This document shows, piece after piece, positions 30,659-45,500 of a stretch of DNA of 64,000 nt; within the stretch, counting starts at the first letter, position 1; the number at the start of each line of letters is the position of its first letter. The notes beneath the pieces were generated by a model that saw only the letters and a program-made list of their open reading frames with translations, was not told the DNA's origin and searched no databases. The position numbers and the translations under genes are program-made. Source of the stretch: the human T2T-CHM13v2.0 reference genome, Homo sapiens. The stretch lies in NCBI RefSeq assembly GCF_009914755.1, contig NC_060926.1. One strand, 5' to 3'.

Positions 30659-32743
30659 AGATTGTTAATACCATGTGGCTATGTTCTGTGGTCCAGTAAC
30701 AGAATATAGTTTGATCAGCACATTTTCTCCTTTGTTACTATATATTCTAAATTATTTTTAGAAGTTTGAAATGACATAATGAGACAAGATTATTATGTAT
30801 AACTGTAAGGGATGCTAGAGAATGTGTATTGCCATAAAAACAATAGAATGTAAGGATACAACCACATGTGGTGATTAGTTTCGTAAATATTTAAGAAACC
30901 ATTGTGTGGTTTTTCACCAGAAAGAACATTTTGAAACTAGCATTATTAGTAGCCTAGGCTCCAAAATCATGGATATGAGATAAATTTTGAAATTTTGTCA
31001 GAATGGAGGTTAGTATACTGGAGTATACTAACTAATAAAAATTACTGTTGCCATGGACGATCAAATGGGACATGGAAGTGCCTTGCTGGATACAATCTTT
31101 GTTGTAATGACATTTAGAATAATGGGATTCTGCCTTTGTTATCAACACCTGTATAGTTAGATTATGATTCTCTGACTCTCAAACAATATTAGACCATGAA
31201 ATTCTCCATTGTCTCTCAGGCCAGATGTCCTGATCTTCTAGTGCTTGGAAATAGGATTCTTTGTGTTTAAATGCATTGGCTGTATGAGCCAGCTGTAAAG
31301 GTCATTTCCTAATCCAAGACGGTCCAATGGGCAAAAGAAAAACAAAACCAAAAAAAAACCTGTTTTTTTTTTTTTAAGATGCTTTTGTTTGCAAATATCA
31401 CTACAATAAAATTTACCTGGAATCGTGGGAAGAATGGTCCTCTAGTGCAACAAAGTGCTTGCATGGTGACAAGAAGTGTCCTTGCCAATGGTCAAACTAC
31501 GGAGAACATATAGTCAGGACAACTGGAGGCATCTCCAAGAACAAAAGACACAAAATCAATGAAGTATATTATGTTTCAGACACATATTATAATTCCATTT
31601 TGTAAAACTCAGCTGTCCAAATCTGTAAAAGGGCAATGCCCTGTGCACTGTAGTTTTCTGAGGGAACACTTGCAAAAGATACACAATTTTAGTGGTTACC
31701 ATTTAATTACTTTGAATTGGGTTGTCACTGTTTATTGATAAAAGATTATTAAAATTGTAATTACATTCTCTATATCTAGAGATATAGCCCTCAGTTTTCA
31801 TATCTATAATATGGTTAGTTAGTAAATATTTCTCAAAGAGTTCCTAAGATAAATAAATGGTAGAAGACATAAAAGCCCCCAACAATTGAGCTTGAGTCTC
31901 TCTTCCTATCTCCTACTTCTCTTGCTCCCTCACTCTATCTCATTCCTGTTCCTGTCTCCCCATTTCCCCATCTTTCTTTTTTTCTGTCTTTCCTCTTCAC
32001 CCCACTCTCCATGCTATGCACATATGCATATTTTTAATAAAGATCTAACAAATTCCAAGACATTATTTTTGTCCTGATGAAGGTAGAGGGGGAACTAGAC
32101 CAGTGACACAACAGTCTGCTAGATGGTACATTTTCCAGAAGTTGCCAATATGCTAAGAAATCCTCAGATCCTTGAAATATATGTCACTGCTACATCTGAT
32201 AAATCTAGAATATAGAATCAGGAGTAAAAGATGATTTTCTTTTTCATGAGCTAGCAAAATTTTAGCAAGGAAAGTAGGTTCTTTATCATTCAGATTCTTC
32301 AGCATTTAGGACCCAGTGTACAGATTCTGCCATGTGTTCCAAACTGTTCACTAATTCATAGAATAAAGTGCTTACAGAAGAACTGGAAAACATTTACACT
32401 GGCTTGTACAGTAAGTTAGCAAACAAGCATTTATTAGACAGTTATAACTGCTCAAAACTCACTAGAGATGCATTCACTTTAGTTTAAGGGTTACACGTTT
32501 CCCTATAAATGGCTTGTTGTGAATAATGTAAATGTGCATCCCTGAGAATAAATTAAATACATTTCCTGATATTGTTAATGTGTTAGAACAGTTGTACCAT
32601 AAATCACTTGAATAGCATTTATAGATTACTATACTCTATCTAGGCCAAGCTTGTAAATATCTGTGTAACTCATAATTCAATGATTTGCAACCCTTGAAAG
32701 AAAACCTTAGAGATTTTTCTCTTGTTTTCTTTCCTCCCTTCTT

Positions 32744-33602
32744 TTTTTTCTTTTATGTTTCATTTTGGTTCTTTTTTTTTTTATTATTATTATACTTTAA
32801 GTTTTAGGGTACATGTGCACATTGTGCAGGTTAGTTACATATGTATACATGTGCCACGCTGGTGCACTGCACCCACTAACTCGTCATCTAGCCTTAGGTA
32901 TATCTCCCAATGCTATCCCTCCCCCCTCCCCCCACCCCACCACAGTCCCCAGAGTGTGGTATTCCCCTTCATGTGTCCATGTGATCTCATTGTTCAATTC
33001 CCACCTATGAGTGAGAATATACGGTGTTTGGTTTTTTTTTCTTGCGATAGTTTACTGAGAATGATGATTTCCAATTTCATCCATGTCCCTACAAAGGATA
33101 TGAACTCATCATTTTTTATGGCTGCATAGTATTCCATGGTGTATATGTGCCACATTTTCTTAATCCAGTCTATCATTGTTGGACATTTGGGTTGGTTCCA
33201 AGTCTTTGCTATTGTGAATAATGCCACAGACACTTCTCAAAAGAAGACATTTATGCAGCCAAAAATCACATGAAAAAATGCTCATCATCACTGGCCATCA
33301 GAGAAATGCAAATCAAAACCACTATGAGATATCATCTCACACCAGTTAGAATGGCAATCATTAAAAAGTCAGGAAACAACAGGTGCTGGAGAGGATGTGG
33401 AGAAATAGGAACACTTTTACACTGTTGGTGGGACTGTAAACTAGTTCAACCATTGTGGAAGTCAGTGTGGCGATTCCTCAGGGATCTAGAACTAGAAATA
33501 CCATTTGACCCAGCCATCCCATTACTGGGTATATACCCAAAGGACTATAAATCATGCTGCTATAAAGACACATGCACACGTATGTTTATTGCAGCATTAT
33601 TC
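32744..33602 (-). mobile_element. 5'-inverted (twin-primed) L1PA2 with a short extra 3' segment
   Basis: Minus-strand 3'UTR at 32772-33225 (GAG diagnostic 'ctaactcgtcatc'); inverted ORF2 piece at 33226-33602; perfect 17 bp TSD TTCTTTCCTCCCTTCTT at 32727 and 33600. Confidence 0.95.
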
Positions 33603-34174
33603 TTTCCTCCCTTCTTGTATGATATCGACAAACATCTAGCTCGAAGAAATTCATTTTGAATGCCTTTATAAAGCTTTACTTTTCAATAGAAGCTGGAGGA
33701 TTTAGTGTATAACTAAACGAGAGGGAATCAACAAAAAGCATATGGAGTGACTTTCCACTGCACACGGTTGGGTCATCATTCATGTATCCTTTCCCCTTTG
33801 CTCTACCAAGGCCTCCTCCTTGTAAGATTCAGAAATCCTCTATGGCCATGCAAGGCGTGACAATTTTCCAATGCCCCTCAGCTTCCAGTTTCCTTTGTCT
33901 TCCCTCTTCTTTCCTCCACCTCCTTCTCTGCCTCCTCTTCTTCTTCATCATCTCTCCCTTTTCTGCTTCCCCTCCCCAGGGGCACCTGCACACATGCATG
34001 CACACACGCACACAGAGAGGGAGAGAGAGAGAGATAAAAACATTTATTGTAGAAACCAGTTCAGGCATATTTTGTCTGTTCCTACCACCATGAATTTCAT
34101 TAAAACTTATGGCATATCAGAAGCAAAATGAGCATTCAGCTTTGGAAACACTAAAGGTTATTGGTTTCAGTATC

Positions 34175-35531
<1,357 letters not shown>

Positions 35532-36061
35532 TATGTCTTTGAAACCATTCTTCTAAGTAAAAGGAATTTTTAAAAATGGTGTTTCTTTGTTCTGGGCATT
35601 TTGCATACATTATCTCATTATTAAAAGAGTATTAACTCACAGTGTAGCATTCTTCGTCCCTCTTTATTAGTGAAGAAAGTGAAAGATACAGCAATGAAAT
35701 AACTAATCAAACTCATAATACTTGAGGTTGCAGGATCAGAATTTGAAACTGAGCCTCATTCAGGAGCCAACATCTGTATCCTTTCAGCTCCACCTAATTG
35801 GTCATAACTGTAGCAAACTATTTCAATCTGATGAAAATCTGTCATGCCTATTCAATAGAGTGCTCTGAAATTTTATCTCTGTTCACTGTGTCTGAGTTCC
35901 CAAAACTGCAGTGGCCTGCTCCCTCTCACATTTACCTGTGTTGCTTTCATTCACCCCTTTCTGGTCATCCCTTGGGCTTCTTGAGGGAATACAATCCAAA
36001 TTATCCTTCAAATGTATTGTTTATTTCTGAGGCTATATTAATTGAGAGTGGAGAATCATTA

Positions 36062-36753
36062 TGTGTTGTTCTGTTTTGTGGTGTTATAGCAGAATACCCC
36101 AGACTGCATAATTTATAAAGGAAAGACATTTATTTTCTTTCTCGTTTTTTTGTTTTTGTTTTTGTTTTTGTATTTTTTTTTAAGATGGAGTCTTGCTCCT
36201 TCGCCAGGCTGGAGTGCAGTGGCGCAATCTTGGCTCACTGAAACCTCCGCCTCCCAGATTCAAGCGATTCCCCTGCCTCAGCCTCCTAAGTAGGTGGGAC
36301 TATAGGCACGCATCACCACGCCCAGCTAATTTTTTGTATTTTAGTAGAGACGGGGTTTCACCATGCTGGCCAGGATGGTCTCAATCTCCTGACCTCGTGA
36401 TCCACCCACCTTCGCCTCCCAAAGTGCTGGGATTACAGGCGTGAGCCACCGCGCCCTGCCAAAGAAAGACATTTCTTACAGTCTGGGAACTTCAATATCA
36501 AGATGCCAGCATCTGGCAAGGGTCTTCTACGTGCATCATCCCAAGGTGGAAGGGCAAAAAAAGCATCAGTGGTGGGGGACAAGTTTCTTTGTTTTTTATT
36601 AAGGAACCCACTCTTGGGATAACAGAATTAATCTACTCATGAGAGTGGAGTCCCCATGGCCTAATTACCTCTTAAAAGTCCCACCTCTCAACACAGTTGC
36701 ATTTGGGATTGTTTCAAACCCATGAACTTTGGGGGACACATTAAAACCATAGC
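36062..36753 (-). mobile_element. MaLR MSTC/MSTD-like LTR split by an Alu
   Basis: 'cagaataccccagactgcataatttataaag' … 'gggggacacattaaaaccatagca'. Confidence 0.8.
36134..36460 (-). mobile_element. AluSc-like
   Basis: 'tcgccaggctgg', 'ccaggatggtctc', 'gacctcgtgatcc'; TSD AAAG(G)AAAGACATTT. Confidence 0.93.
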
Positions 36754-37612
36754 ACCTTTCAGTGGGGAGTTTCTCTCTGTGCCACATGTCTGTATCTACC
36801 ATCCACAATGACCCTGCCTTAGGAGTTACCAATGCTTCCCATGCCCACTCATCACATCCCAGAGTCTGACTGTCTGTGCCTGACCAATTTTTATTTTGTT
36901 TTTGGTGGTGCTTGATTGAGTTGCTCCAGGCTTAGTGTAATTGGTGGTGAGTTGGAGCTTGATAGTCTTTGGTTTTCATTAGATGATGCTTTGCTGAACT
37001 GCTGTCTCATAGCACAGTCCAGCATGAACGCCTCCCCTCGCCTGAGTATCCCACCATTGCAATATGGACACCACCACTTTGTATTTGTAGAATGCCTTTT
37101 GTTTCTTCAGAGTGCTTTCAAGCTTATCTCACTTCATTGCCTTCACATCATTGTGAATTACATGGGGTAAATCTGAGTGAAGAGACTGAGACATGGAGAA
37201 ATGAATTTTATTTCTGCAGACAGCGACTTTAGTTTCTTTTTTTCTTTTAAGTACACTTCTTCCAATGAGTCCTGTGTAATTAAAATGTGCTAAAATGGGT
37301 TCTCTAAATCTTTAACTTTCTTTGTAGGATGGTTTTGACATTGGAACACCCAGATCATTGAACAGTGTACTTGGAAGGTCTTAGTCACCCATATAATTTA
37401 GAATGAAGGCTGAGACTCATTAGCCACTGGAGTAATAATAAAATGGTTCTTCTTGCTATTGAATTAATATTTATATAGCAAGTATAAAAAGATAGCACTT
37501 GAAGTACTTGACATCCAAGAAGACAGCAAGAAGGAGATATCTGGATTTTGATCTCTGTTTTGCTTATTACGCTATGTGACTTTGGCATGTTGCTGATATT
37601 CTTTCAAGCTCA

Positions 37613-38022
<410 letters not shown>

Positions 38023-39221
38023 CAACTCAATCAGATTCCTAATTCACTTATAATAAATATTTCTAATTGCTCATAGCTTCCTGAAAGTAAGGAAAGAGTT
38101 TTCTTCAAGAAGTATAAAAAGAAGTGACTATTTCAACTTTTTAAATAGTGAAAATATAACATTTAATTTTTTAAAATGACTCAATTCCTCTCTTTGAGCT
38201 ATGTGATATATGTCTTTACTGTCAATAATATTTCGTTATTATGATGGCTATTATTAAAACTTTTAGTATTAAACTACTCTATAGCAGCAGTTTTGAGCTC
38301 AGATGTGTGATCTATATTCCACTTTACCTGTGATTTTTATTTCATCTAATATGTGTGTTTCATGTCTAAGAAGAAAAGGCCAGATTTTTGCTTTGAATTT
38401 TAACATGTATCTATCATCTAGGTTATCCTAGAAGTCCTCTTTTGCATCATTTTAATCCCAAAAATTGCTTATCTGGAAAAAGAATGTAAAAATTCACTTA
38501 TTCCCATGGAAACTCACAGTGTCAGTTGCCAGGGACCCTCTCCATAAAATATCACTACTGATGAGTCATACTGGGCATAGTGATCTCTTGTTGAGTTTTG
38601 CACACACTTCAGCTTTTTAAAAATTTAGATGTTTCTTTCCAAGTCTTTTCTAATATCTTTTCCATTTTGGGTACAATATAACTATTACCTTAAAAAGTAT
38701 CTATGAATAATATTATGCAAACTGTGATTTCTTAAAGAAGTATGTGGTATATTTGGCTATATTAGATTTATTATATCCCAGTAGTATTTCTTAGTTCTTA
38801 ATATTTATTTGTAGGATTTCTAAATCATTACTTTTTTGGTATGGTTGTACTAGTAGAAAAATAATAGAATATAATAATAATAATTCTGAAATTGCACATA
38901 TAAGTCCTTTGGGTATTTTGACCTTCAAATTAGCTAATAAGCATAAATTCTATAGAGAGCATCTTCTCACCTCCCAGATTCTGTTCACATTTCAATAAGG
39001 CCTGTGGACAAAATGGACCTTCTCAATTTGGCTGCATGTCTTGTTTTCCAGATGCTAATTTCTATTTTGAGAGGCAAGTACATAGTGATGCTGAGTAAAC
39101 AATTGTGGAAAATAAGTTTAAGATTTAGAAACAGCCCAAACTCATCACATTCTCCTTTTTACCCTATGTCCTTTCATGTCTGTATACTCCTTCACACTGG
39201 CACTTTGGGCAAGTAATTTAA

Positions 39222-39989
<768 letters not shown>

Positions 39990-42900
39990 ATATTGGCACA
40001 TTTTCTAACCCCTGGAAAGATCAGTGACATCTTTCAGGAAGAGAATGTTTTTCTGGAAACCTGAGAGGTGGGTAAGGGCGAGTTAGGCAAAGTGGCGTAG
40101 GAGAGTGATGAGGAAAGAGGAAAAAAAATGAAAGAATACATCCTGTATGAGGAGAGCCCAGAACAACAATGTGACTAGAAAGAATGGACCTAGATCGAAG
40201 TCCCATGTGGGGGCCTCTATGTTGCTAGCCCCAAGTATGCAACTGGATAACACCTCTTCTAAGAGCAGATCAAGTGACTTTGGCTAACCTGAGAGGAAAG
40301 GGGCCCTGCATTCTTTGGTGGAAGAAGAAAGGAAAAGGTGAAGCGTGAAATCCCAAACACATTCTAGATCCATTGTTTGGCCCCTTTTCTTTGGTTTGGT
40401 AGGGAGTGGGAATGGAGGGTGCACAAATATTAAAACAGAAATGTCATAGAAGTGGCCCCTTCTACTTTTCTGGGGTCTAGAGAAAGACCCAGTACCCCTA
40501 CTCTGCTGGCAGAGACTGGAATTTTTGTCCTGGGAGTCTCATTCCAGATATTATTCTGGGACTCCTCACAGACCAGGAGGCCTCAAGCAATTTATCGGCT
40601 ACTTTGGCTCGACTTTAAATTTGGTTCTTGAATGGCTGGGGCTTAGGATAAAGAAAGAGAAGTAAGCATTTCATGGGAAGGAAAAGAGGAAGGAGGAGGA
40701 GAAGGAAAGGAAAGAGAGAGAAAGTGAAAGGAGAGAGGGAAACTGAGATTGAGATTAAGAGTTTCGTGTGCCCTCATTTCAAATGGCAACTGTCACCTAA
40801 GGACCCTTTGGGTGGCATATAGATAAATATGAATAAGGCTTGCTGCCTGCCTTTGAGGAAACCACAGTTCACAAAAGATGCTCCCAGTCTAGGGGCCTGG
40901 CTTGTCAGATTTAGAGTTAATTGGAAGGAGAAGTGCTAGATACATGTTTTAATATAATGGGACTGACAAGACCAGGGGCAAAAGCTATGATATCATTAAG
41001 ACGATATAACATTCCTGGTAAGACTTCACTCGTGTTATTCATTAGTGTCTTCTAATATTGGTGTTCCAGTGCCATTTATATTTCTCTCATTGAAAAAATT
41101 TCCAAAACTCATTTGCATAAAATTTGCACCACCAATTATTAAGTTTACCACATATGCTTACCTCTATGTCTAGGTCTTTTTCTGTATATCTCTATTTCTG
41201 TCTCTACACAGACCTTCCAAACACAAACATACACACACAACTATTCTGTTTTCTGAACCATTTCAGTATATGTTGTAGGCATCATCCATTTTATCCCTTA
41301 ATATTGATAATTTAATATGTAATCCTAAATACAGGGATATTTTCTAGCATAATCACAACATGGTTTAAAACTTCAGCCTCAGTGCAATACTTATAACTAG
41401 TCTGTAGTCCATATTTGTAGTTCTCATGGGTCGCAATAATGTCCTTTATAGTGTTTATATTTTTTTGATTACAGGATCCAGACTGTATTGCATTTGAGGA
41501 TCATATCTCTTTCATCTCTTTCTTCCTCTCTCAATGCCAAATAACTGACTTTTTTGGAGAATTCAGCCCAGCATTTTGGCTTGTACTTGGTCATATTTTT
41601 TCTTCACTCCCAAGCTCCAACTGTAATATAAACAGGTGACAGCCTCGATTTCTGTGATTGGATATGCCATACATCATTTATCTGTTCCAAAACCTTTGAC
41701 TGGATTGTAAATATGCAACTTCACAACTCCTTAGTGTCATAAAATATCAGACAGAAAGACTATGTGAGGATGTCCCTGCCTATTATAAAATCTTCACCCA
41801 AATAACTTAGCTAAGCAAAAAATCTACTGACATTTATGCATCATCCTAACTTCCTCTTTGCAGTAGGCCAGCAAAGTCTTACCAGGAATGTTTTATCATC
41901 TTGATGATATCATAGCTTTTGCCCCTGGTCTTGTCAGTCCCGTTAATACTAACACATATATCTGGCACTTCTCCTTCCAATTAACTCTAAATCTGACAAG
42001 CCAGGCCCCTAGACTGGGAGCATCTTTTGTGCACTGTGGGCTCCTCAAAGGCAGGCAGCAAGCCTTATTTATTGTTCTATTCCTAGCTTGGCTCTCTCAT
42101 TCTTTAGCCTGTGATTTATCTTGCTTTTTGATTAGCTTATAAGCTATAGTTCCTTGTGTCTGTTCCCTCTCTTTCCCAATCTCTAATTACCATTGTCCAT
42201 ACTAAATGCTTTTCAGATTACAATAACTGCAATCACAATACAGCTCTGTGGTGCTTTTTTTTTTTTTAACCAGTTATCTTCAACTCAACATACTCCACAA
42301 GCACCAGTGCTTTACAAGTGTAACAGTTACTGAGGAGCAAATTAGACCTCCCAGATTGAAATCCCAGCTTAGATATCTACTATAAACTTGTTATGTTGTT
42401 TGATCTTTAATTTCATTATCTGTAAAAACAAGGATATTAAAAGTACACCTAGCTCGTTGGGAGGTTGAAGAGATGTGTGAGATAATAAATATGGAATGTT
42501 CAGCACAGTTCTAGGTATGTATTGACATTTTTAAATGTTTCCTGTTGCTATTATTTTGGGAATAGCATAGCACCCAGAATATAGTTTTAGTTTCCCTCAC
42601 TATTATCCATTTATTTCTTAAAAGACCAGTGGAAGCTGTAAGGAGCTATTCCTCTATGCACAGATATGTATGCCTTGTTAAATTCCTTAAAATTAAGGTA
42701 AAGTATAGGAAGAGACAGTCTTCACTGAAGGACCCCAGAAATCTGAACCTCCGGCCCTTCTAACTGACCAGATTAGTTTATAGTGTTTCAATCAGGTTTG
42801 CATTGATGTTATAGTAAACATTCTTGTGTTGTATGCTATCTTTTTACCTATGTAAAATGCATTAATGATAAGAGTGCACTGCACTTGAAGAATCCAAAAC

Positions 42901-43089
42901 TCCCAGGAATTCAGGATACACATTCATTAATCTCATTAAACTCATTAGATATCTCAACCCCCTGGGGAGGCTAAGTGATAAATATTCTCTCTACTTGAGA
43001 CAATTGAAAGGCCAGACTGCCCTTGCAAAGCTTGCGTTGTTACTCACTAACACACACAGTCTGTTGAAATCTATTGTCGAGTATCTCTA

Positions 43090-43990
43090 AAGCCCATGAG
43101 CCTATTAGGGGAAAGATAAAATTTAAAAGAAAAAAACACACCAGAAGCACCAAATTAATATATAGAATATGAGGTAGCGATAAATGATATGGAGAAGAAA
43201 AAATATGTAGGAAGACAAGGAGTAACATGGAAGAGTTGCTGATATTTTTACGTAGCATGATCAGAGAAGGCCTTTCTAATAGAGAAGGCTTTGAGCAGTG
43301 GTGACCAGAAGCAAATAAAGCAGCAAGTCATGCAGGTACTGGAGGAAGAGCATTGCAGGCAGAGGGAACAGCAAGATCAAGGCCCTGGGGCAAGGAAATG
43401 CTTGGAGCTCTCCAAGAACAACACAGAGGCCAGAGTGGTGAATGAGGTGTAGGCAGATAGTGTAAGGAGGTGAATGGGCAGATTGTGTAAGCAGGCTATG
43501 AGCATTCAGATATAATGCTGGACCCGATTGTGTATAACTTTGTAGGCATAGAAATGGACTTGGTTTTCACTAAGTCGGGAAGTCATTTAAGGGTATGGAA
43601 GAGAGGAGTTAAATAATCTGAACTGAGCTATTTTAAGAAGATAGTTCTGGCCCCAGAGGTCAACATAATCTGTAGAATGGGAAGATTGGAGTCACTTATT
43701 AGGTTATTGTTATAATCTAAGTGAAGAGTGATAGTGACTTTTACCAGGATAGGAGTGGCACAAATGGTGAGAGGTAGATGGGTTGTGCATTCTACTTTGA
43801 AGATGGAGCTGAAAGGATTTGCTCAGGTTTGGGTTGTAAGGTGTAAGAAAAATAAGGGAGTCAAAATTGACTTCAAACTTTTTGACCTGAGCCTCTAGAT
43901 TGTCGGAGTTGCCATTAACAGAGATGGGAAAGATTAGAAGAGGATGCTGGGGATGGGGATATCAGTTTGTTATTGTGCACATAAAGTTCA
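43090..43990 (-). mobile_element. L2 LINE fragment
   Basis: 'gagcattgcaggcagagggaacagcaag…aaggccctggggcaaggaaatgcttgg', 'gagttgccattaacagagatgggaaaga'. Confidence 0.8.
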
Positions 43991-44007
43991 GAGACAATGG
44001 TTTGAGG

Positions 44008-44234
44008 GCATTGGTTTTAAAACTGGAACATGCATTAGAACCACCTAGAGGACTCATTAAAACAAGATTGCCGAATCCAAACCCCGAAGTAGATTTTTCT
44101 TTTGTCTTTTTTTACCCTAGGGTTTTTGATTTAGTGGATCTAGAATGGGATGGGACCCAATAATTTGTATTTCTAACAAGTTGCCAGGTGATGTTGATGC
44201 TGCTGGTCCTGGGACCACACTTGAAGAATGACTT
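44008..44234. mobile_element. MER5A (hAT-Charlie) DNA element
   Basis: 'ttgtatttctaacaagttgccaggtgatgttgatgctgctggtcctgggaccacacttgaagaa'. Confidence 0.85.
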
Positions 44235-44825
44235 TTCTAGTATTGAGAGTATCCATGGAAGGCATGGCTAGGGTAAAAAAAGCCCCAGGGCATTAGCAGG
44301 GGCGAGTTGAAATATAGTTAGTGGAATGCTTTCTGCACCTGGACTGCTGGAGTACCCCCTTCGGTTCTACTTTCTTCTACCTCATGGCCAATATTGATAT
44401 GTGTGAGCCCATGGTCAACAACAGTTTTTGAGTTTTGATCCTACTTCACATTCGGTCACAAAGAACCCTGTGAAAGGAAATATTCTAAACACATGAAGAG
44501 TTGACTCAGACACTAGCTTTTGCTTCTTCTCTAGTTAAGCCTAATTTATCTAGATAGGCTGCAGACACCAACCTAACTCCATACCCATTTCTATGGGAAG
44601 AGATATGCCTAAAAAATTAATTTGTCTGACAAGTTTACATTTAAGAATCACATTTTTTTTTGCTTTAGATGTCATATAATTGAAAGCAAATTATTTTCTA
44701 GGTACAAACTTAATTTGATAATTGTATTGTTCTGAAATTAATTCTGGCATTTAAAGAAGAAAACCGTTTCATCTTATAGAGAAATATTCTAGAGAGAAAA
44801 ATAGAGTGAACATCTACTTCTTTTT

Positions 44826-44935
44826 AAAAGTTATAGCTTTAGGGTACATGTGCACTACATGTACCCTAAAACTTAAAGTATAATAATAATAATAATAAAT
44901 AAAAAATAAAATAAAAAATAAAAAAGTTATAGCTT
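44826..44935 (+). mobile_element. Ultra-short L1PA2/3 insertion with inverted duplication (hairpin)
   Basis: 14 bp TSD AAAAGTTATAGCTT at 44826 and 44922; L1 terminus 'acatgtaccctaaaacttaaagtataat' preceded by its reverse complement. Confidence 0.92.
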
Positions 44936-45279
44936 ATAGCAAAACGCACAAAAAAAAGACAAGCAAACCTTTATAATGAAAACAGTTTTGCAATAATGAT
45001 CATGACAGTCTATGTAATGGAAAAATTCTTTTGATAAGAATTTATCATTACATTAGTGGCCTTTAATCATTTTTGACCATGGTCTACTATAAAAATGTGT
45101 TTTATATCACAAAAAACACACAAATCATTGTTTACCTATTGATGTTATGAATATATATATATAATCTTTTGAAATAATTTTTACCCTGAGTATATGACAG
45201 ATGTTTACTATGCTATGCCCTATCAGTTTTAATATTGCTGGCTTTTACCCACTAAATTGAGAACCAAGATGGCATGATT

Positions 45280-45500
45280 AAAAACATGTACTCACAAGGC
45301 TGATAGGGTTGGAATCTTGGCTCTGCCTGTAACTGTGTGATCTTGATGAAATTGCTTAACCTCTCTTTGCCATCAGTAAAATGGGAATAATAATATATCT
45401 ACCTTATAAGGCAGTTATAAGGATGAAATGAGTTAAAGAACTTAGAATGGTGACTGACATATAGTAAACACTACAGAATTATTAGTTACTAATATTGTTT
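45280..45500 (+). mobile_element. MIR SINE
   Basis: 'aatcttggctctgcc…ctgtgtgatcttg…gcttaacctctct…gtaaaatgggaataata…aaggatgaaatgagtta'. Confidence 0.8.

Noticed and set aside
30471-30674. Highly basic ORF (also 33829-34068)
   Set aside because: Translation of CT/GA low-complexity tracts.
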